Positions 58,386-64,000 of a stretch of DNA of 64,000 nucleotides are shown here, one piece after another. Source of the stretch: Lama guanicoe. Lineage: Eukaryota. The stretch's first letter is position 1. The number at the start of each line of letters is the position of its first letter. The notes under the pieces were generated by a model that did no database searches, had not been told where the DNA came from, and worked only from the letters and a program-made list of their open reading frames with translations. The DNA is taken from contig MU054098.1 of the NCBI GenBank assembly GCA_013239625.1, forward strand, positions 2,295,104-2,359,103, read 5' to 3'. The position numbers and the translations under genes were made by a program.

Positions 58386-60119
58386 ATCCAGAGGGACAAA
58401 ATGAGAAAAACATAATCCCTCAAGAAATTGGAATGGCATGGACAAGTTAATGAGTGGGCTAAATGAGGATGTTCAATCCCTGCAGAGGTACTGTGGCCCT
58501 AGAGGGGACACTTTTTTGGCATAAATGTCAAGTTTCACTCATCTCATAGAGGGTTTAGGTGCCTGGCTTTTGTCTTTATTAGGCAGTCAGTGAGGGAAGA
58601 CTAGGTGTGGTTGCTTGGTTTGAGTAAATTAATTTGAAAATTTCTTCCAAGATAATTCCCAGCTAATCAGATCTTGTTGAGACAAAATTAGAATTATATG
58701 GAGAACAAAACCCCATCCCTCGCAAACTTCACCGTGCTACAATTAAAAATGAAAATGGTTCCTTTGAATTTGTGGGTACGGCAGAGAAGAAGTTAAACCA
58801 AAGCCTACCGTGATCCTGGCCCCTTGCCCTCACCAGCTACTGCTCTCCTCAACCAGGGCTCTTCCAAGAAATGCAGTCAGCACTTGACTTCCCTCAGTGT
58901 TATTCAAATCCTTACTTCTGATCCAGTGAGATCCCCCGGGATCCCTGCATCCACAGGTAGGGAGAGTGAGCAGTGAAAAAGGCTGTTGAAATACAGCTCT
59001 GCAAGCCCCCGGTCCCTGGGCTGTCAGCAAGAGCATACAAGTATGTCCAAGCACTGTCAGATCATTATCTACTGTTTCTCAGCGCAGGCCAACAGTGAGT
59101 GAAGTCACTTGCCACTTGGCAATTCAGGGAGCTGCTCTAAGCCTGAGACCCAGAAATCAGCCTGAGGCAAGATGGCAAAGTCTGGCAAGTTTGTCTCCTC
59201 CACCACAAAATTCCCATTTCTGAATGGCCAAGTTGACTTTCAAAACTACTCCAATATTCTCCCTCCTCTCACACCCTACTATTTAAGTGCTCTGTTAACC
59301 TCTGCCCAGTTCTGATACTGAGTCAGCCCATCCTGGCCACAATTTGAAACCTCATTGGCCCGAATCTCACTCAGCATTACTAAATGATTGAATAAGCTAA
59401 TAAACTTATTTCTGCCCAGGTGTTAACAGCGGATAGCGGCCCCACTCACAAGAATGGCTTTGAAAGCAGCCTTCCACAATGCCTTTAGTTTGAAGAACAT
59501 TCCAGAAAGTCCTTGGACACCACAGAATTCTGTGGAGCTGGATATTCTCCAGCACACCAGCCCAGCAGCAATCGTGCTGCTGGATCCAGGCCTAGGCTCA
59601 GGATCTCTAGACACATCTGGCTCTCTCCTGCCTATAGGCCAAAGGCTGAGTTGATGGATTGACACTGGCTGCTTCTTCATCAGCGCACTGAGCCTGGCTG
59701 TCACTCAAGCAGACCGCAGTACATGGAAATTGAGTTTTTGATACACGAGTATATGGGCCCCATCTCAACCCCAACTTTATCCCTCCCGACTTACTAATAG
59801 CCCTGAAAGCCATAAAGAAGATGAGGCAGGAAGGGACAAATGGATATCAGGCAAGACAGCCACTTACAGCTTAATATGGTACAGGGCAACTTAGGACACA
59901 GCTCATGCATGGGTTGGCAGCCCTGACCAAAGCTCAAAGCCCAGGGCGAGGCTGAGAGTCACCAGAAAGAGTTGTAAACACTGCCCTTTCTGCTGGGTGA
60001 GTTGGGGAGTGGTAGTCACAGTTGATAAAGGGAAAGCTATAGGCTGCCTCTGATATCAAATGATGGAAGATGCAAAGTCAGGAGTAGCATTTGTTGGCAT
60101 AAGGCAAACACATGAACAA

Positions 60120-60305
60120 TAATGGCCACAATTTATAAGTGCCTGGCACTTCCCATAAATCATTCCTAACCTTTACAATGGTCCTGCAGGGTTGCTCTTA
60201 TTGCCATTTTACATCTCTGGAAACTGAGGCTTAGAGAGGTGATGAATATTGGAGCTGGGGTTTGAGTTCATGTATGTCTGACTCCCAAAACCCATGCTCT
60301 TGTTA
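60120..60305 (-). mobile_element. MIR SINE
   Basis: ggaaactgaggcttagagaggtg...tctgactcccaaaacccatgctctt. Confidence 0.8.
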
Positions 60306-60480
60306 CTCTGCCCCATTGCTTTCCTGCACTATGCTACTCTGTTTAACTGGGGTGAATGTGCTTAAAGTGCATGCCTCCAGTGATGATGTCTCTCCATTAC
60401 CCATCCCACTGCAACAGGAGAGGACACATCTGTTGGGTGTAGGGAAGGGATACAAGGAAGGCTTCAAGGAGGAGGTTGCA

Positions 60481-60753
60481 AGAAAGGGAAAGACAAACAC
60501 CATATGATATCACTTTTACGGGGAATCTGAAAAATGACACAAATTTTGTTTACAACACAGAGACAGACTCAGACATAGAAAACAAATTTATGGTTACCGG
60601 GGGGAAGGAGGGGATGGAAGGATAAAATGGGAGTTCAGGATTTGCAGATACTAGCTACTATATATAAAACAGATAAACAAGGTCCTACTGTGTAGCACAG
60701 GGAACTATATTCAGTGTCTTGTAGTAACCTATAATGAAAAAGAATATGAAAAG

Positions 60754-60789
<36 letters not shown>

Positions 60790-60860
60790 CTGAATCACTA
60801 TGATGTACACTAGAAATTAACACAACATTGTAAACTGACTTCACTTAAATTTAAAAAAAA
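60481..60860 (+). mobile_element. camelid/cetartiodactyl-type L1 3' end inserted into an L2 fragment
   Basis: aagacaaacaccatatgatatcac...gcacagggaactatattcag...(TA)n at ~60756-60788...poly-A; 11-bp TSD aggagg[t/c]tgca at 60470-60480 and 60861-60871. Confidence 0.92.
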
Positions 60861-61116
60861 AGGAGGCTGCAGCTGAGCTGAGCCTTGAAGAATGGGTAGA
60901 ATTTCCATAGACAGAGCTGGAGGGAAAGAATAGTCCTGAAACTGGCTATAGAGTACACAAAGGCACAGAAAGGAGCGGTTAAAAGCATGGACTTTGGAAT
61001 GGGAAAGAGCTCAGTTTAAATCCCAGCTCTGCCGTGTACTAGCTGCATTTAATACCATTTGCCACCTTCCTATGTTACTGCCAACTTCCTACTCACATCC
61101 TCTCACATTCCCCCAT

Positions 61117-61327
61117 CCAATGTGCAGGTGCCAGGATGCACTGGCTTGCACAAACTGATTGTGCACATGTCTTCCCAACTCTGAGTTCAGTGACCTCACA
61201 TATGTAGCTGGAAATAAATCATGACAGGAATAGTCACACCATGGAAATTGGCAAATGCTACAAACCAGAGGGTTTTTTTTTTTCCTTTTAGGGAGATGAA
61301 TGTTAAACATTAACCAGCACACCACTG
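61117..61327. mobile_element. hAT-Blackjack MITE, MER63A-like
   Basis: gattgtgcacatgtcttcccaactctgagttcagtgacctcac...ggaaattggcaaatgctacaaa...gttaaacattaaccagcacaccactg. Confidence 0.85.
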
Positions 61328-61600
61328 CATAAACTCTCCAGGGGTGGAGCCAGGGAATCTGCATGTTTTCAAAAGCTCCACATTAATTCTGCAGCCTGGC
61401 CATTCACAAAGCTTCCTGGGGCAGTGGATCTCAAACTTAGGTATGCATCAGAGGGGGGTGATATCTGTGCTAATACATGGTACTCCTGGGTCTCCTTCCT
61501 GAAATTCGGATTCAGTGAGATAGGAGTGAAACCCAGAAATTCACACTTTTACAAGAACTCCCACTCCCCATGATTCTGTTGGAGGTGACCTAGGGCATTC
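61328..61600. mobile_element. MER5-type hAT-Charlie fragments
   Basis: ggggtggagccagggaatctgcatgttttcaaaagctcc; cagtggatctcaaacttaggtatgcatcaga. Confidence 0.7.
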
Positions 61601-62014
61601 TGTCTCATCACAGACACCGCAGGCAATAGAGAAAGAGATGCAGGGCTCGCAGCTTGGGCCAATCACAGACATCTGAGAAATGAACAGAATTGCCCAAATT
61701 TCTCACCAGGTTTCCTGTTTTTACAATGAGAAAGCAATTGATTAAACAGCTGAAGAGAAATCTTTCATCATAATGAAGGTGGCCAAAAAAAAAAAAAGCA
61801 CAAGAATAAAACACACAAAGTAAAAGCTTACCAGTTAAGCAGGGCGACTTCTCTCAGCCATCTCTCTCCCCAAATCCCGCACTAGGTACATGCATAATGT
61901 ACTAGAGAAAATTACTGGAAAGACAAGAGTTTAGGAGAGACCAAAGTCTCATCTTGGAAAAGAGATGAGGCTTGGAGGGTGGAATGGAAAAGAAAGTTAA
62001 AAAGGCAGAGAAAG

Positions 62015-62265
62015 ACAGTAGGTAAGCAGGCACGTTCTGGAAACAAACAGGCTGGGTTTAAATCTCTGTCCTGCCATTTATTCATGGTGTGACATCAAGT
62101 TATTTATTAACCCTATGCCACACATTCCTTATCTGTAAAACGAGGCTCTTGTTAGTAACTACCTCCTGGGATTGTCATGAAAATTACATGAATTAATATT
62201 TGGAAAATGCTTAGAATGGTGCCTGGCATATATGAAACACAATATGTATTTGTTAAACAAATAAA
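62015..62265 (+). mobile_element. MIR SINE
   Basis: ttccttatctgtaaaacgagg...ctacctcctgggattgtcatgaaaattacatga...tgcttagaatggtgcctggcatata. Confidence 0.88.
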
Positions 62266-62994
62266 TGGCCAGTCAGAAAGGAACACATTCCTGAGGGCTA
62301 TGAGCCAGACGTTGTTTTCATGGCTGAACTGGAGTCTGCCCACTTGCTTAATGAAAATAAAATGGGTAGGAAGTACAACATTGATCCCCTGCTCTAAACT
62401 CTCGCTTACCATGGGAATGGAAACCACTGGGACTGTTTTATGTGACCAGTGGGAGAGCTTGCCTGCCATTGAGGTGACATATCAGTTAGTGGGAAACAAA
62501 GCTCTGTGCTATGGGTGGCAAAACAATTTTTCTGAAATAATCTATAAGATTTGTAATTATTTTTATCATTCATAATACAGATAATGCAATTCTCCAAGCT
62601 CATTTGGCGTTACTTAAAATACAGAGTTGCACAGTTTTACTTGGTGGGCCATGTCTCTACTGGCATCATTCTTAGGCTAACTATCCCTGACTGCCCAGCA
62701 GTCCCTGTCTACATCTGCTCTGGCTATAACAATGAGAACCAGTTCGGGGCTCCACAAATTCAGCACACGTGGAGACCGGGGGGAGGGGAGGGAGGAGGAG
62801 AGCAGATAGTTAATTAATAGATATTCAAAACTGAGGCCTAAAAGAATAAAAAATAAAGAAAATAAAAGTTTTACCAGGGAAGATCAAAGAGTGACTTGAC
62901 TGTGGCTTCTAGGAACAGAAAGCATTGCTACATGAAGAGGAAAAGAATTACCATCAATATCCATTAAGGAAAAATGAGCACTAAGTTACATAGT

Positions 62995-63195
62995 CAGTAA
63001 CTTAGGTCAGATACAAAGAAGCACTTCCTGAGAGAAAAGGATATACTGCTGTGGATTATCGTGTAGGGCAGAGAAAAACTGGAAGACCTCACCCAAGCAG
63101 TTTTTAATGGGGTCTGTCAGAATAGTCCCAATGTAGTTTCTCCTAGAGGGAGGAAAATGAACTAAACGTTCCCTCAAGATCTCTTCCTATGAGTA
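62995..63195 (+). mobile_element. possible L3/CR1 3' remnant
   Basis: ttaggtcagatacaaagaagcacttcctgagag...gggaggaaaatgaactaaacgttccctcaagatctcttcc. Confidence 0.45.
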
Positions 63196-64000
63196 TTATA
63201 ACTGGAAACACCCATGGAAATATCCCAATGCTACCACAGACATCCCTAGGGACATGAGGATGCAGAGCTGGGGGCTATGGCCTCTTTATTGACACAGATT
63301 ACACAGAAGATGCTATCTCACAGGGGAGGCAAAGGAAGCAGGCACCTTAGCCCATCCCTAGTTTATCCTTTTGTCTTTAAACTATCTGTCTCATTTAAGA
63401 TAGTCAGGTCCAAGTTCGATTAGATTATAGCAAGGAAATAGGATTCTTTTAAATAGATAATATAAAACATGTCTAAGGAAACTCAATGATAACTGTATTA
63501 TCTCTGGCACGCTGTCAGGGAATTATCTGTATTGTATGAGGTGGTGGAAGGATGCCAAAAAGCTATTTAAAATGCAAACCTAGTTGTGCTAGTCAATCAT
63601 TCATTGGTTACAAATGAATTAAAAGCTAGAACGTTTCATATTCATAATTCCAGTTGCCTTCCTTTACCAATAGTGACAAGAGCTGAATATGATTAACAAG
63701 TGACAGCTTAAACAGTTCAGAAAAAATCCTTGTGATGATAATCTCATCTCCTGACCCTTCCTTTTTCCTGCACCCAGTTCAGGCTGTTTGCAAAATGTCA
63801 GCCGAAGGAGCAGTGTTCAGCATTCTGAGCACACTTCAGTCACTGCTGAGAATTGTCAATAATTCTGTTTTCATGATACATTAACACCTGTATCCTAATA
63901 TGTTCAACGCGGACTAAATGAGGGTGAAAACATTGATAATGATTTCCCTCCCCTGACCTTTACTTCTTTCACTGGCAGCTAGCTGGAAAGCCCAAGATAG

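Noticed and set aside
62207..62575. 122-aa plus ORF
   Set aside because: Starts inside a MIR; no recognisable homology
1..64000. Assigning a host gene name
   Set aside because: No candidate exon matched a protein I can recognise; any gene symbol would be a guess

Overview
Mammalian nuclear DNA, AT-rich and CpG-depleted with no CpG island. It is most likely camelid (camel/alpaca/llama), based on one tRNA-derived SINE of the camelid Vic-1 type at 14470-14650 and cetartiodactyl-style L1 3' ends; I saw no Alu, B1, Bov-A/tA or PRE-1 elements. The window reads as intergenic or deep-intronic sequence dense in ancient repeats: about 30 MIRs, many L2 pieces, decayed L1 stacks at 23.9-26.6 kb and 39.9-45.0 kb, seven solo-LTR remnants and several hAT MITEs. 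I could not recognise any protein-coding gene. The ORF track consists of repeat remnants (L1 ORF2 pieces) or chance ORFs. Best leads: (1) a forkhead + RFX X-box cluster at 13.4-14.1 kb with exon-like units, a candidate cilia/sperm-type promoter or enhancer; (2) two head-to-head L1 3' ends inside a single 13-bp target-site duplication at 8.4-9.0 kb; (3) a dense run of palindromes/stem-loops at 59.5-59.64 kb; (4) a chain of minus-strand splice signals suggesting a spliced non-coding transcript or long 5' UTR. Repeat family names come from recalled consensus sequences, not a database search, and repeat boundaries are approximate. I found no convincing evidence of a new multi-gene system.
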